Below, piece after piece: positions 20,799 through 31,700 of a stretch of DNA of 64,000 nucleotides. The position numbers and the translations under genes are program-made. The first letter of the stretch is position 1; every line of letters starts with the position of its first letter. The stretch comes from Sulfurimonas sp. SAG-AH-194-C21. GTDB lineage: Bacteria; Campylobacterota; Campylobacteria; Campylobacterales; Sulfurimonadaceae. The notes under the pieces are model-generated. The model did not search any database. It was not told the DNA's origin and saw only the letters and a list, made by a program, of their open reading frames with translations. The stretch is taken from NCBI GenBank assembly GCA_029215985.1, contig JAEMVC010000008.1, forward strand, positions 14,997 to 78,996. Reading direction: 5' to 3'.

Positions 20799-23483
20799 CT
20801 ATTTTATCTCTATTGTGACATAGTCAGGTGCACTATCTAACTCTCCATCATTAACAATAAGCTCAAACACATAATCACCTAGCGGATTCCCTATAAAAGA
20901 AGGATTTTCACTTGTATCGGTAATTAAGACAGCACTGCTTCCCACTGGATTTGCTATCATCTTCCATTTATAGGTTAGAGTATCACCATTAGCATCTGCA
21001 CTTGCACTTGCACTTAAGCTTACATTTGCATCTAAAGACAGACTTTGATCAACTGAAGCATTTGCTACTGGTACGATATTTACTCCGTTTACAGTGATGG
21101 ATACATACATCATTACACTATCAACTGTGCCATCATTTACACTAAGACCAACAACGTATGTACCCTCTTTGTCAGGTACAAAATCACTAGTATTACCTAA
21201 ATCTGAAAGATACTCCACAGTGCTATTACGAGGTACCGACACCATATTCCATGAGTATGTAAGAGAATCCCCATCTACATCACTACTTTTTGATCCATCT
21301 ACTATTACTTTATCTCCAACTCTTATCTTATTTGCTATAGTACTAATTCTAGCTGTTGGAGTAGAGTTATTAACACTTATTTGAACATTTGTTGTACTCG
21401 CAGTAGAATTAACTGTACCATCACTAACAACAAGTTGAAATGTATATGCTCCATCTTCATCAGCTGTAAAACTTGGGTTTACTTTAGTATTATCATCTAG
21501 CGTGATTGTACTATTTAAAGGTTTTGAGACGACTATCCATGTATATGTTAGGATATCTCCATCTGCATCAGAACTAGCACTACCATTGAGCATAACTAAA
21601 GAGGGGGTTGTTATCACCTGGTCAACTCCGGCATCTGATACTGGTGTAGAATTATCAGTTTTTGCATTTACAGTAATATAACCTGGGATACTATAAAGTT
21701 CTCCATCAAATGCAATTAACTGTATAACATATGCACCATCTTTGTCTGCGTTAAAAGTGGGGTTTACTATTGTAGAATCTGAAAGTTGTGCTAAACTTCC
21801 AGATGGACTGGAAACTAAGGTCCATTTGTATGTTAGAAGGTCTACTTTTATATTTGCATCTGAGCTCAAGGAACCATCTAATTGTACCAAGGTGTCTTTT
21901 GGTATTGTAGTTGGTCTGTTGACATTTTGATTGTCGCCAGCTTGTGCTATTGGTGCTATGTTTTTCACAGCAGCATTCACACTTATGTAATCATAATCAC
22001 TACTAAGATTTCCATCATTTACCATTAAAGTAAAAACATAACTTCCCTCTATATCTACAATAAAAGAAGGATTCACAATGTTTAGTTCTGAAAGCTCTGC
22101 TGTACTACCCTCTGGTCTTGATACCATACTCCACATATAAGTAAGAGAATTAGAATCAACATCAAAACTTTTTGAAGCATCTAAAACTACATTGTTACCT
22201 GCTAAGACATTCTTGTCTTCTCCAGCTTCTGCGATAGGTTTTGAATTAGAGTTTGAAATATTTATGAGAACTGTATCTGCTACACTATCAATTTTTGAAT
22301 CATTTACGACTAAGCTTATAACATATGCACCTGCTATATCTGCAATAAAACTTGGATTCACAATACTCTTGTCTGAAAGGGTAGCATTACTTTCGGATGG
22401 TTTTGTCGTAAAGCTCCAAGCATAAGTTATGACATCCCCATCAGCATCCGAACTCGTAGATCCACTCAAGGATACTGTAGAAAACTTAGATAATGATTGG
22501 TTATCTCCAGCATTAGCTACAGGAACTGAATTTAACTCTGAGACTGTTATGAGAACATTATCTTTTGTACTATTGACTTTAGTATCGTTTACTATTAGGG
22601 AAAACCTATACTCTCCAATTACATCGGGGGTAAAGTTAGGATTCACAACTGCTGAATTAGAGAGGATTATCTTTGAGTTAGTTGGTCTAGACACTATACT
22701 CCAACTGTATGTAAGTAAATCTCCAGTATTAGCATCGGAACTTTTAGATCCATCAAGCACTACTCTTGTTAGACCTTGAATGTTTTGATTCTCACCAGCA
22801 TCAGCAACAGGTACAGAATTAACAGTTGATGCTCTAACAGTTACAGTATCAATTTCACTTGTAGTTGTTCCATCATGTACCGCTAGGTTTACGATATAAT
22901 CACCATCTAAATCTGCCTTAAATGTAGGATTAACTCTAGTTGAAAGTACTATAACTGCTTTACTGGAACTAGGTTTACTTCGCATTGTCCATCTATATGT
23001 AAGAGTTTTTCCAGTCTCTACACTACTGGATGAGCCATCCAAAGCAACTGTAGATAAAGTGTTTACATTTTGATTTATTCCAGCATTTGCGATAGGCTTG
23101 ATAAGAGCTTTTTGTGCTAGTATTGTTAGAGTATCTGTGTTTATTTCTTTACCATCAGAAACAGTTAGTTGGATATTGTACATTCCTTCTACATCAGGAG
23201 TAAAAGTGGGTCTACTAATTGTGGGACTTATTATTTTAGTTGTACTCCCTGTAGCTTTTGACAAGATACTCCAACTATATGTAAGTGTGTCATTTATATC
23301 AGTATCACTACTTGCAGAACCATCTAGTTGCACAAGTATATTGACAGTTCCATTATAGTCATTCCCTGCATTAGCAACTGGTACACTATTTGGTGTACCT
23401 ACCTCGTCTAAAGTATCACTTCCACATGAAATAAACATAAGTATAAGAAAAAAAGATAGTATTGTATTAAGTAATATTTTCAT
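20799..23483 (-). CDS. Lipoprotein made of nine PKD/Ig-like repeats
   Basis: Start reassigned to ATG 23483 (AGGAG RBS, lipobox FISC); nine ~95-aa units P(V/I)AxAG...LDGS.SSD...LTY.W...P.F..D..G.Y...L.V.DG. Confidence 0.88.
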   Translation of the reverse strand: MKILLNTILSFFLILMFISCGSDTLDEVGTPNSVPVANAGNDYNGTVNILVQLDGSASSDTDINDTLTYSWSILSKATGSTTKIISPTISRPTFTPDVEGMYNIQLTVSDGKEINTDTLTILAQKALIKPIANAGINQNVNTLSTVALDGSSSSVETGKTLTYRWTMRSKPSSSKAVIVLSTRVNPTFKADLDGDYIVNLAVHDGTTTSEIDTVTVRASTVNSVPVADAGENQNIQGLTRVVLDGSKSSDANTGDLLTYSWSIVSRPTNSKIILSNSAVVNPNFTPDVIGEYRFSLIVNDTKVNSTKDNVLITVSELNSVPVANAGDNQSLSKFSTVSLSGSTSSDADGDVITYAWSFTTKPSESNATLSDKSIVNPSFIADIAGAYVISLVVNDSKIDSVADTVLINISNSNSKPIAEAGEDKNVLAGNNVVLDASKSFDVDSNSLTYMWSMVSRPEGSTAELSELNIVNPSFIVDIEGSYVFTLMVNDGNLSSDYDYISVNAAVKNIAPIAQAGDNQNVNRPTTIPKDTLVQLDGSLSSDANIKVDLLTYKWTLVSSPSGSLAQLSDSTIVNPTFNADKDGAYVIQLIAFDGELYSIPGYITVNAKTDNSTPVSDAGVDQVITTPSLVMLNGSASSDADGDILTYTWIVVSKPLNSTITLDDNTKVNPSFTADEDGAYTFQLVVSDGTVNSTASTTNVQISVNNSTPTARISTIANKIRVGDKVIVDGSKSSDVDGDSLTYSWNMVSVPRNSTVEYLSDLGNTSDFVPDKEGTYVVGLSVNDGTVDSVMMYVSITVNGVNIVPVANASVDQSLSLDANVSLSASASADANGDTLTYKWKMIANPVGSSAVLITDTSENPSFIGNPLGDYVFELIVNDGELDSAPDYVTIEIK

Positions 23484-23509
23484 ATTAAAGTCTCCTAAAA
23501 CTATTGTAT

Positions 23510-23526
23510 AGCATATTTTATACCAA
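23510..23526 (-). promoter_or_regulatory. Putative sigma54 promoter of the PKD lipoprotein
   Basis: TTGGTATAAAATATGCT (GG-N10-GC). Confidence 0.7.
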
Positions 23527-23548
23527 AAGGATGATGACATTTAAATAT

Positions 23549-23565
23549 TAGGTATGAAATTTGCT
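23549..23565 (+). promoter_or_regulatory. Putative sigma54 promoter of the SPOR-like/barrel gene
   Basis: TAGGTATGAAATTTGCT (GG-N10-GC). Confidence 0.6.
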
Positions 23566-23601
23566 TTTCTAAAAAATACATTCATATAAAAGGTCTATTA
23601 A

Positions 23602-24390
23602 ATGAAATTTCTTTTACTACTCATCTCATTTAGTGTATTTTGCACTCAACTCAATGCACAAAGAATAATGATTACTAAAACATCCAAAGAGCATAACCTT
23701 AGTCCAATAAAAAAACAACTAGATAAACTCCATATAAAAATGTATTATAAAAAAGTAAATTCTAGCTACATCGTCTATTCTCAAGATTTTTTAACTTCTG
23801 ATGAAACGAACCTTGCATTAATAAAGATAAAAAAACATTTTTCGTCTGCATATATCAAAAAAATCACTAAGAAACCAGACCTAATAAAAGAAAGCACTAA
23901 GAGTATGCACACCCCATATGACTTTTATATAAGTGCTGGATTAGGGTCAAGTACATATAGCGCAACGGAGTCTACAGGAGATACATTTAGTATTGGAGGG
24001 AGTCATTTTTTTATTGAAGGGGGATACTATTTTAATGAGTACATATTTATCTCTGCCAACTACTTAAACATAAGCTCAAGCGGGGGCAATATGAATAACT
24101 TCTCAACTGCTATAAACCTCAACTATCCAATAACACAAAACTTAGATATATATGCTGGTCTTCCAGTAGGGTATTCAAGTTTTCTATTAGATATAGAAGG
24201 TTCTACATCTTCTACATCCTTAACGCTAGGGGCTTTAGTAGGTATAAGCTATGACATACTTGGGTTTATCCCTGTTTCTTTAACTTACCAGTTAATTTCA
24301 GCTAGTCATGTAATAGATTACCCTAACAATGTAAGCGTTAGCTTTACACCAATCCAAAATATCAATCTTGGAATAGGATATAGGTTTTAA
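23602..24390 (+). CDS. SPOR-like domain plus outer-membrane beta-barrel
   Basis: Signal peptide; alternating beta strands; ends GIGYRF; N-domain similar to 33729-34571. Confidence 0.75.
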   Translation: MKFLLLLISFSVFCTQLNAQRIMITKTSKEHNLSPIKKQLDKLHIKMYYKKVNSSYIVYSQDFLTSDETNLALIKIKKHFSSAYIKKITKKPDLIKESTKSMHTPYDFYISAGLGSSTYSATESTGDTFSIGGSHFFIEGGYYFNEYIFISANYLNISSSGGNMNNFSTAINLNYPITQNLDIYAGLPVGYSSFLLDIEGSTSSTSLTLGALVGISYDILGFIPVSLTYQLISASHVIDYPNNVSVSFTPIQNINLGIGYRF

Positions 24391-24848
24391 AAAAACTGAT
24401 CGTACTTAATTCTTACTTCTAATTCAACTTCACAAAGTCCCTCTTTAAAAGTAGTCTCAACAAGTGTCGCATTTTTAATCATTGCCGCGACTTGTGTTCT
24501 TACTGTCGATCTCTGCATGACCATGTTCTTGACAGTATCTTGACCATCTACAACTACTCCATTTATTTTTTCTGCGAGTAATCGATACGCATCAGCCATT
24601 GCAGCACGCTTCGCAAGAGCATATGCTTGTGCTGGAGATATAGTATTTGCAGGAGCTACGCCCTGCCCAACAACACTAACAAGTATCATTGTATCAGGAT
24701 GCAATACATTATTTGTTGGATTTGTCTTTTTATGCTCTTTAACTTGAGGAACCGGCTCTTTATACTCTTGGAGTTGCTCTTCTGATGGAAAGCCATCCTC
24801 TGCACTTAGTGCTGTAGCAACTATAAGTGCTACTAATAAATATTTCAT
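24387..24848 (-). CDS. LPP20/FlgP-like periplasmic protein
   Basis: GQG.AP...A.RAA.ADAYR.LAE.INGV.V.G...V. Confidence 0.8.
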   Translation of the reverse strand: MKYLLVALIVATALSAEDGFPSEEQLQEYKEPVPQVKEHKKTNPTNNVLHPDTMILVSVVGQGVAPANTISPAQAYALAKRAAMADAYRLLAEKINGVVVDGQDTVKNMVMQRSTVRTQVAAMIKNATLVETTFKEGLCEVELEVRIKYDQFF

Positions 24849-24864
24849 TTATTAAATCCTTTTT

Positions 24865-25683
24865 TTAAAATGCATACATAAAACTAAACTTATAGCCTGA
24901 TGTATTAAACTTAATCGTATCTTTTATCTCAACCGCTTCAAACTCTTCATAAAGGTAAGCAGCACTTAGAGATACACCACCAATCACATTATAAGTAATT
25001 CCTACTTGATAGTTCATGGACTTTGCCTCTACAAAAGATAGTGTCGAAATATTTGAGTAAAAAGAAAAATCATACAAGTAGTACTTAAATCCAAAATATG
25101 GAAGAGGGATAAATTGATTTACTCTTACCCATGAAGTTGATGAGTTTAGGTTGGTTCTATCTTGCACCTCATAATTCCATAGTATATACTTTCCATTTAT
25201 TCCCACATCAATCTCAAAATCACCAGTATAATACTTCGAACCTAACAGAGAAAAGAGTTGACCTCTTTGCTTGAAGTCTTGATAAAGTACCGTGTTTAAA
25301 ACATTAAAGTCTATTACAGATGAAATACTTGACGAGAAGACTCCATCAGCGATAAGTACACTTTTTGAAAGCCGTGCATCTTGATTTGTCTGCATATAAA
25401 AGTAGTCAACTCTAAGATTAGGTGCATAATCATACTCAACAAAAATATCTAGTGCAAAGTAAGATGCTGTAGCATCACTATAGTTATTATCTTGAGAAAG
25501 ACTAAAAGAGCTCGTAGTATTATTTATACTTCCATCCAATACTGGAAAGTATATACCTGCTTCAATTTTTGTATGTACTTTAGATTCTGCTATCAGCTCA
25601 ATTGTGAAACAAAACAGTATAAATAGCAATCGAGTTATCATTAGCTTTAACATCCTTTTACAAATATGAAAGTATTCTAACAT
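24865..25683 (-). CDS. Outer-membrane beta-barrel protein (TIGR04219-like); true start may be slightly downstream
   Basis: PNLRVDY, FIPLPY motifs, amphipathic strands, C-terminal YAF. Confidence 0.7.
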   Translation of the reverse strand: MLEYFHICKRMLKLMITRLLFILFCFTIELIAESKVHTKIEAGIYFPVLDGSINNTTSSFSLSQDNNYSDATASYFALDIFVEYDYAPNLRVDYFYMQTNQDARLSKSVLIADGVFSSSISSVIDFNVLNTVLYQDFKQRGQLFSLLGSKYYTGDFEIDVGINGKYILWNYEVQDRTNLNSSTSWVRVNQFIPLPYFGFKYYLYDFSFYSNISTLSFVEAKSMNYQVGITYNVIGGVSLSAAYLYEEFEAVEIKDTIKFNTSGYKFSFMYAF

Positions 25684-25713
25684 AAAATAGTTTGTTTCTC
25701 TACTTCCTTATAC

Positions 25714-27942
25714 TTATTTTATTAAAGAAGTGTATCTAAAAACTTTTGTATAGCTTATATCTGTGTCAAGTGCAACTCTATAACAGCTATATTTATTCCC
25801 TTCATTTTTGGGTAACTGTATATATATAATTTTAGATTTGTTTTGCCATACCTTATCAAATGCGAAGTAGTAGTTACTATCATCTAAGAACTCTACAATT
25901 TTATTTCCATCAAGAGTTTGAGAAATATTTTCATAGTACATCTTAAGTTCGTTAGCATCAGAGTTTATCAAAAGTCCATTAACACTATCTTGAGTATATT
26001 CACTATTTGAATTAGTAGTTGTATTTGAATCCGTTAAAGTATTGACATATTGGGTATCTGAAATACAAGCTTGTTCATCATAGAGTGCAGAAGTTTTACT
26101 AAAGTCACTATAGGACACTTCTTCTGGAGTTAAAGTTATTTGTGTATATGTTAAGTTCTCTATAGCACTAGCTACTGACTCTTCTAACTTGGACTGTAAT
26201 TGAGTGAGTGTATAAACTTGTATCTCTTCACTTGTCTTCATAATATCCAATACCTTTTGTATCTCAGCTATCTGACTCTCAGCAAACTTTACATTTGATA
26301 TCGAAGTATTCAGTGCGATTTCTAATGTAGTAATGACTTGATTGATAGAAAGTGTTTCGTAAGAGTTTTGTACTATTTGAGATAGCATTGCTTTTTTTAT
26401 TTCATTTTGAAGTGCTGTATTTATTGGTAATCCAATAATTTGTTCCAAGATTCTTCGTGTATATTCCAGCTCTTGAGAGAGTGCAAATATTTGAACATCT
26501 TGCATAGGATCTATATATAGCTGTTCCGCACTCAAAGAAAACCCAGTCCCTAAGTTTGTAACATTTTTGGCTAAACTCTCAACACTCTTGATATCTTCTT
26601 CTGAAAATGCTGTAGCTATATAGTCAGTTATAGGTGTTAGGTTTAAAGTGCTTAGAGCATTTGTATTTACTACACTTTGAAGCTGACTTATTCTTTGTTT
26701 ATTTATAACTGTATCTATCCCCCCATAAGATATGATAGGGATAACACTATCTTTTTTCACCTCTATATTTGAAAAGGAATAGCCTCCATTTACTTGAGAA
26801 CTCACAGTTGGTTCAGATGTATCACACAGTCCATTATAGTTTAAGTCCATACATATAGAAGCACCTTCAATATAGCCATCCACAACATAACCTCCAAACG
26901 CGACAATAATTCTTGTATCAACTGGAGCATTAGGGCCTACACCAGCATCAGGAACTGCACTATTTGTTTCATTGTTATCTGGAGTTGTTGCTAAAATTTC
27001 TTTTATGTTTATATTTACTGGTATAACACTTAAGGGACTGTTCCCATTCATAGACTTCATCGCCAGATATATAGCATCGGCTTCTTTTTCAAGTGCTATT
27101 TGATAGTTGTTTAAGTTATCTACTGTAAGGTTTGCAGTATTTGTAAACTCATCTATGGAAAGCTTTATCTCTCTTAACTGTTCATCTAAGTATGTTTTCA
27201 CATTTTGAGTAAAAGAAATTTTTCGAATTAATGCTAAATATGTTACTGTCTTAATAACATCCAATGTTCCTTCATTCATAATTTGACTTAATAGTGCATT
27301 TTTTATATCTCTTTGTAGTTGTTCTTTTTCTATCACAGTCAACTCTATCCCCTCTACATTTATAGTAGTTTCTTGAAGAAGTCCTATTGTCTGTTGGATT
27401 TCTTGAGTCCGTGCATATACACCACTATATGCCATTGGATTTTGATTTATATATCGATTATCTATTGTATATGCATTGGATACTAAGTTTTTTATCACTT
27501 CATAGTTTACACTACTCTTTGTTCCTGCTAGAAAACCTGTCGCTATCAGGTCAGTGAGTGGTGTTAGGTACTCGTAAGAAGAGTTTATTCTATCCACTGA
27601 TATAACACTCTTAAACTCACCTGTAAATACTTTACCCGTTGCCGTATCCGTACCACCAGAAGCAATAATTGAGAGATAAGCACCTGTGCTTGTTTTAATG
27701 TTTGTAAAAGTAACTACACCGCTTGGTGATGTAGTTATAATGAGTTCAGTTACATCACATACTGCATTTAAATTAGTATCTAGACAAACTTTTGCATCTT
27801 TAATATAACCATCAACGACTCTTGCATTTAGGGTGATTGTCTTTGGAGTATTTGTTTCACTCCCTGAAGATACTGAAGCATTTGAACCACAGCCAACAAA
27901 AACAACACCCAACAGTGCTACAATGGCGAGTACTACTTTCAC
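25714..27942 (-). CDS. Large lipoprotein with two VVDGYI..A..C.D.N.N..CD modules and a conserved C-terminal domain
   Basis: Lipobox FVGC; internal duplication with LTP(L/I)TD; C-terminus resembles 32565-33239. Confidence 0.8.
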   Translation of the reverse strand: MKVVLAIVALLGVVFVGCGSNASVSSGSETNTPKTITLNARVVDGYIKDAKVCLDTNLNAVCDVTELIITTSPSGVVTFTNIKTSTGAYLSIIASGGTDTATGKVFTGEFKSVISVDRINSSYEYLTPLTDLIATGFLAGTKSSVNYEVIKNLVSNAYTIDNRYINQNPMAYSGVYARTQEIQQTIGLLQETTINVEGIELTVIEKEQLQRDIKNALLSQIMNEGTLDVIKTVTYLALIRKISFTQNVKTYLDEQLREIKLSIDEFTNTANLTVDNLNNYQIALEKEADAIYLAMKSMNGNSPLSVIPVNINIKEILATTPDNNETNSAVPDAGVGPNAPVDTRIIVAFGGYVVDGYIEGASICMDLNYNGLCDTSEPTVSSQVNGGYSFSNIEVKKDSVIPIISYGGIDTVINKQRISQLQSVVNTNALSTLNLTPITDYIATAFSEEDIKSVESLAKNVTNLGTGFSLSAEQLYIDPMQDVQIFALSQELEYTRRILEQIIGLPINTALQNEIKKAMLSQIVQNSYETLSINQVITTLEIALNTSISNVKFAESQIAEIQKVLDIMKTSEEIQVYTLTQLQSKLEESVASAIENLTYTQITLTPEEVSYSDFSKTSALYDEQACISDTQYVNTLTDSNTTTNSNSEYTQDSVNGLLINSDANELKMYYENISQTLDGNKIVEFLDDSNYYFAFDKVWQNKSKIIYIQLPKNEGNKYSCYRVALDTDISYTKVFRYTSLIK

Positions 27943-27948
27943 ACGACC

Positions 27949-28710
27949 CTACTTCATCTCTTTAAGAATGGGAAAAGGAGGATTTTTTATAGAGGGAAAT
28001 ATCCCTCCAAAGCATTTTTCTTGTTTAAAGTCGTAGATGTAAAACTTTTTAGCTTCATAAACCTTAGGAAATATGATAGCGACTTTGGGGTTAGCTGGTC
28101 CATACTTCAAGCTATTTTTTGTAGTTGTTTTATACTTAGGGTAAATTAAGACTGTCCGAGTGTCATTATAAATACCTCTATCATGATGAGAGAAGTATCG
28201 TGACTGTAGGGACATTTTACCATCTTTACTAACTGTATAGTCTCTAGATATTCCTGAGTCTAACACGCTACTGTACTCTGTTTTATTGTCTACAAATTTT
28301 TGACAAGTACTATTTAAGGTGTTATGCTTAATTTTTATTTCAGAATCTTGTTTAGCTAAAACAAAAAAAGTACTATTTGGCTCTAAATATTTCAAAAATA
28401 ACATATTCGAAAAAGTCTCTTTTGGTGCATAAATTGCCCAAAGTTTTCCCGTCTCATAGTAGGTAACTACATATTTTATTTTTGAAGTATCATGGAATGT
28501 TTTTATGATGTTTATACCATCTTTTGGGCTTGTGAACTTGTTCCACCCTTGAGTCAGTTTATAAACAGAAGTTTTATGAAGTTTTGCAAAAGGAGAGAAC
28601 TCTTTATAGAGTAACTCTCTTTGCGTTGTAGAAAAAGTATCTGCCAAGTTTTGCAAAGAACTTGCAAAACTTAAAGAAAAGCTCAAAAGAAAAAATATAA
28701 TCTTTTTCAT
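27949..28710 (-). CDS. Hypothetical secreted protein with LxxGWN module
   Basis: Signal peptide; LTQGWN; C-terminus resembles that of the 1272-aa protein. Confidence 0.75.
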   Translation of the reverse strand: MKKIIFFLLSFSLSFASSLQNLADTFSTTQRELLYKEFSPFAKLHKTSVYKLTQGWNKFTSPKDGINIIKTFHDTSKIKYVVTYYETGKLWAIYAPKETFSNMLFLKYLEPNSTFFVLAKQDSEIKIKHNTLNSTCQKFVDNKTEYSSVLDSGISRDYTVSKDGKMSLQSRYFSHHDRGIYNDTRTVLIYPKYKTTTKNSLKYGPANPKVAIIFPKVYEAKKFYIYDFKQEKCFGGIFPSIKNPPFPILKEMK

Positions 28711-28730
28711 CGCTTTTAAGTACCTATACC

Positions 28731-31700
28731 TTAGTTAGCTAACGAAGTGTTAGCTGCAGTAAATGAACCTGCTAAATCAATTGGATCACCAATAGATTGA
28801 TCAGCAGTAGTCTTATCTGCTGGAAATGCTCCTTTATATATAACATTGTTATACTCTACAAAGAAAGCTTTTCCTGCATACTCTGGTGTATTTTGCACTT
28901 GAATAAATGCACCATCACCATTGTTGATTTCAAAGTTTGAAGTCCATGCCGTACTTTGGTCAAATGTACTTCCTGTTATAGGCTGAAATGACATACGAGC
29001 AACAAGGACATTATTTCCATCAAGAGAAGCAACACTTACACCTGCATTCTCACTTGCTAGCGTTTGTGTTCCTGTTTTTGTACATGTAGCATCGTAAACA
29101 TCACCAAGCTGTGCTTTTAAGTCTGTACTACTTGGATCGTGTGCTAAAATATTTGCTGATTTTAATAAACTTGCATACACTAAAGGAAATGCATCAGAGT
29201 AGTTAGAAATATTTTTTGCACCATCTGTTCCAACTATACGAAGATTATTTTCAACACCGTAGACATATTGCGCACATGCATTAAAACTAACTGATGTGCT
29301 TCCCGTAGTCAATGCTACTTCTGAAGCTGTTCCAGCAGTTATTTTTGCATCTCTTAAAGTTAGATCTTCTGGAATGTTATCTTTAAACAGATAGAAATTT
29401 TTTGTTGTGCCTGCATCTGCTGTCATCGTAATATCAGTTCCACCAGTTACACTAGCTGATACACTTGTTGGTTTTTCATAATCAATATTCACTACAGCTA
29501 AAGCAGATACTGCCTCACCTTTACCATTTACAGCTCTTACTTTAACATCAGTAATTCCACCTTCTGTAAAACTAATTAAGCCATATTCAGAGATATTAGC
29601 AGTAAATACATCTGATACACCTGTTCTTTTTAGTGCTACCTCTTCACCACCAACGATTGCATATGCAGATCCAGCGACAACATCATCAAGTCCAGTAATA
29701 GTAATACTTAACTGTCCAAATTTCATAACATTCTTAGTTGAATATACACCTGTATTTAAAGTATTACTAAAATACTGTGAATATGTTTTATCAAATGTTC
29801 CAGTTGCTGCCACACTCACTGTGTCTGCATCTTTATTTAGTAAATAAACCCAATATCCAGAGTTGTGGTTAATGTTAAATAAATTAAACTCATTATTTGC
29901 AAACCACTCATTTTCAGGACGAGTTAAGTCAATACTATCCCAGTTAATTATACCAGCAAGAGTTGCAGTATCCATCTCTGTAGTAGCTCTTAGCATTGCT
30001 CTTGCCTTATACCCAGATCCTGCATCACGAAGAGTGTATAGAGGTCCATATATAGCATAGTTTGGAGAGTATGCTCGGTTTTGCTTAAGGTCAGATACTA
30101 ACTGTGATTGTGAGATATTTACTTTGTTATCACCTGTTGCAGCAGCTGCTGCAGCTGATCCTACATCAGCAGCGGTAGGAACATCATCTGTAATTACAAA
30201 TGTTAGAGTATCTGTAACATCTACACCTGTAATTGTAATTGTACCAGTATATGCAGTTCCTGCTGTAAGTAAATCTCCTGCAACAACACCACTCGGAAGT
30301 GTATAGTTATGAGAAGCATAAGCATGTGTACCAGCTGTCGTAATTGATGTATTTGCTAATGCAACAACACTATCAAACATCTCAATAATTTCACCATATG
30401 TATCTACAATAGTGTTATCTGAAGTAAGTGTACTCATAGCAGCAGCTGCATCTGAAACACCATTTACAGTTAACACAAATGTATCTGTAGCATCATTACT
30501 CATATAAGCACCACTTGCAGCTGTTGTAAAGCTAGTTATAGTATCTGTCACTTGGTTAAGTGGTGTTCTAGCCATTGCATCTAATGTATAGATTCCAGAT
30601 ACAGCTCCTCTAGCAGCTAAGTCAGTACTAGATGAGTGTGTAAATATATCTGTTGTAGCACTATTTGCATCTTTTAAATCTAAAAGAGATGCCTCCGTTG
30701 AAGCAAGAATAACCTGTTGTCCTCCAGCATCTGCTGCAGCAAAAATCTTTGTTGTTGCTGTTTGACCCTCAATGAGAGTTGCCACATCTGTTGCTGTTGA
30801 AGTATCTGCAGGTACTATGTTAGCATCTGCACTACCGTTAATGATTATACTGTCTCCAGCTGTATTAGAAACAGCTGCCCCAATGTTAAATACACGTTGG
30901 TATGTCGCATCTTCAATGCTAAATGGTTGAGATGAAGCTACGATAAGCATATCGCCCGTACCATCAAAGTTAGTATCTATCTGTGTAACTACAGGCTTAA
31001 TAGTAACACCCATAAGTGCAATTTGTGTTGCAGCTTGCGCAATAGTTGTTGTTCCAGCTACTGTAATTGCACGATTAGCATTTACAGTATCACCATCTTT
31101 ATCACTATAGATAATTTTTGAGAATCCACCAGTATTTGCACCTAATGAATCAGCTGCGCTAGCACCCGTTAAAGCATTCACAACAAGAGCATACTCACCG
31201 TATGCTGCAGTAGCTGTTACAGCTGTTAAGTCCGGAACTGCTGTAACTAAACCTGAAACAAATGGATCTTTATTAAAGAGTGTTTTAGTGCTAGTAACAG
31301 CTGTACCCGCAGCCTGTGTGATACTAAATTTTTCATCAGAGAGTATAACTATTTCTCCAGCAGCTGAACCTACATAAAACTTTAGGTTAAATGCAGTTGG
31401 AAGAAGACCACGAAGTTTTGCTGATTCTATCTCTCTATTTGCGACAGTAACATCTACTTCATTACCTCCAGCAGCAAATGCTGTTAATGCGATAGAGTTT
31501 AATCCTGAAGAATCAGTAATAGTAAATGCTTCATCACTATTTGTAACTCCCGTCATCACAAAACCAGTAGCTGCATGACGAATATATGGCTTATTGTCAT
31601 CAAAAGAGAGCATGTTCCAGCCTTCAGTTAATATTGAAGCATTTTGGTCATCTTTATATCTATCTGGATTAGGAATACCTGCAATAGCTGTTGCATCTCC

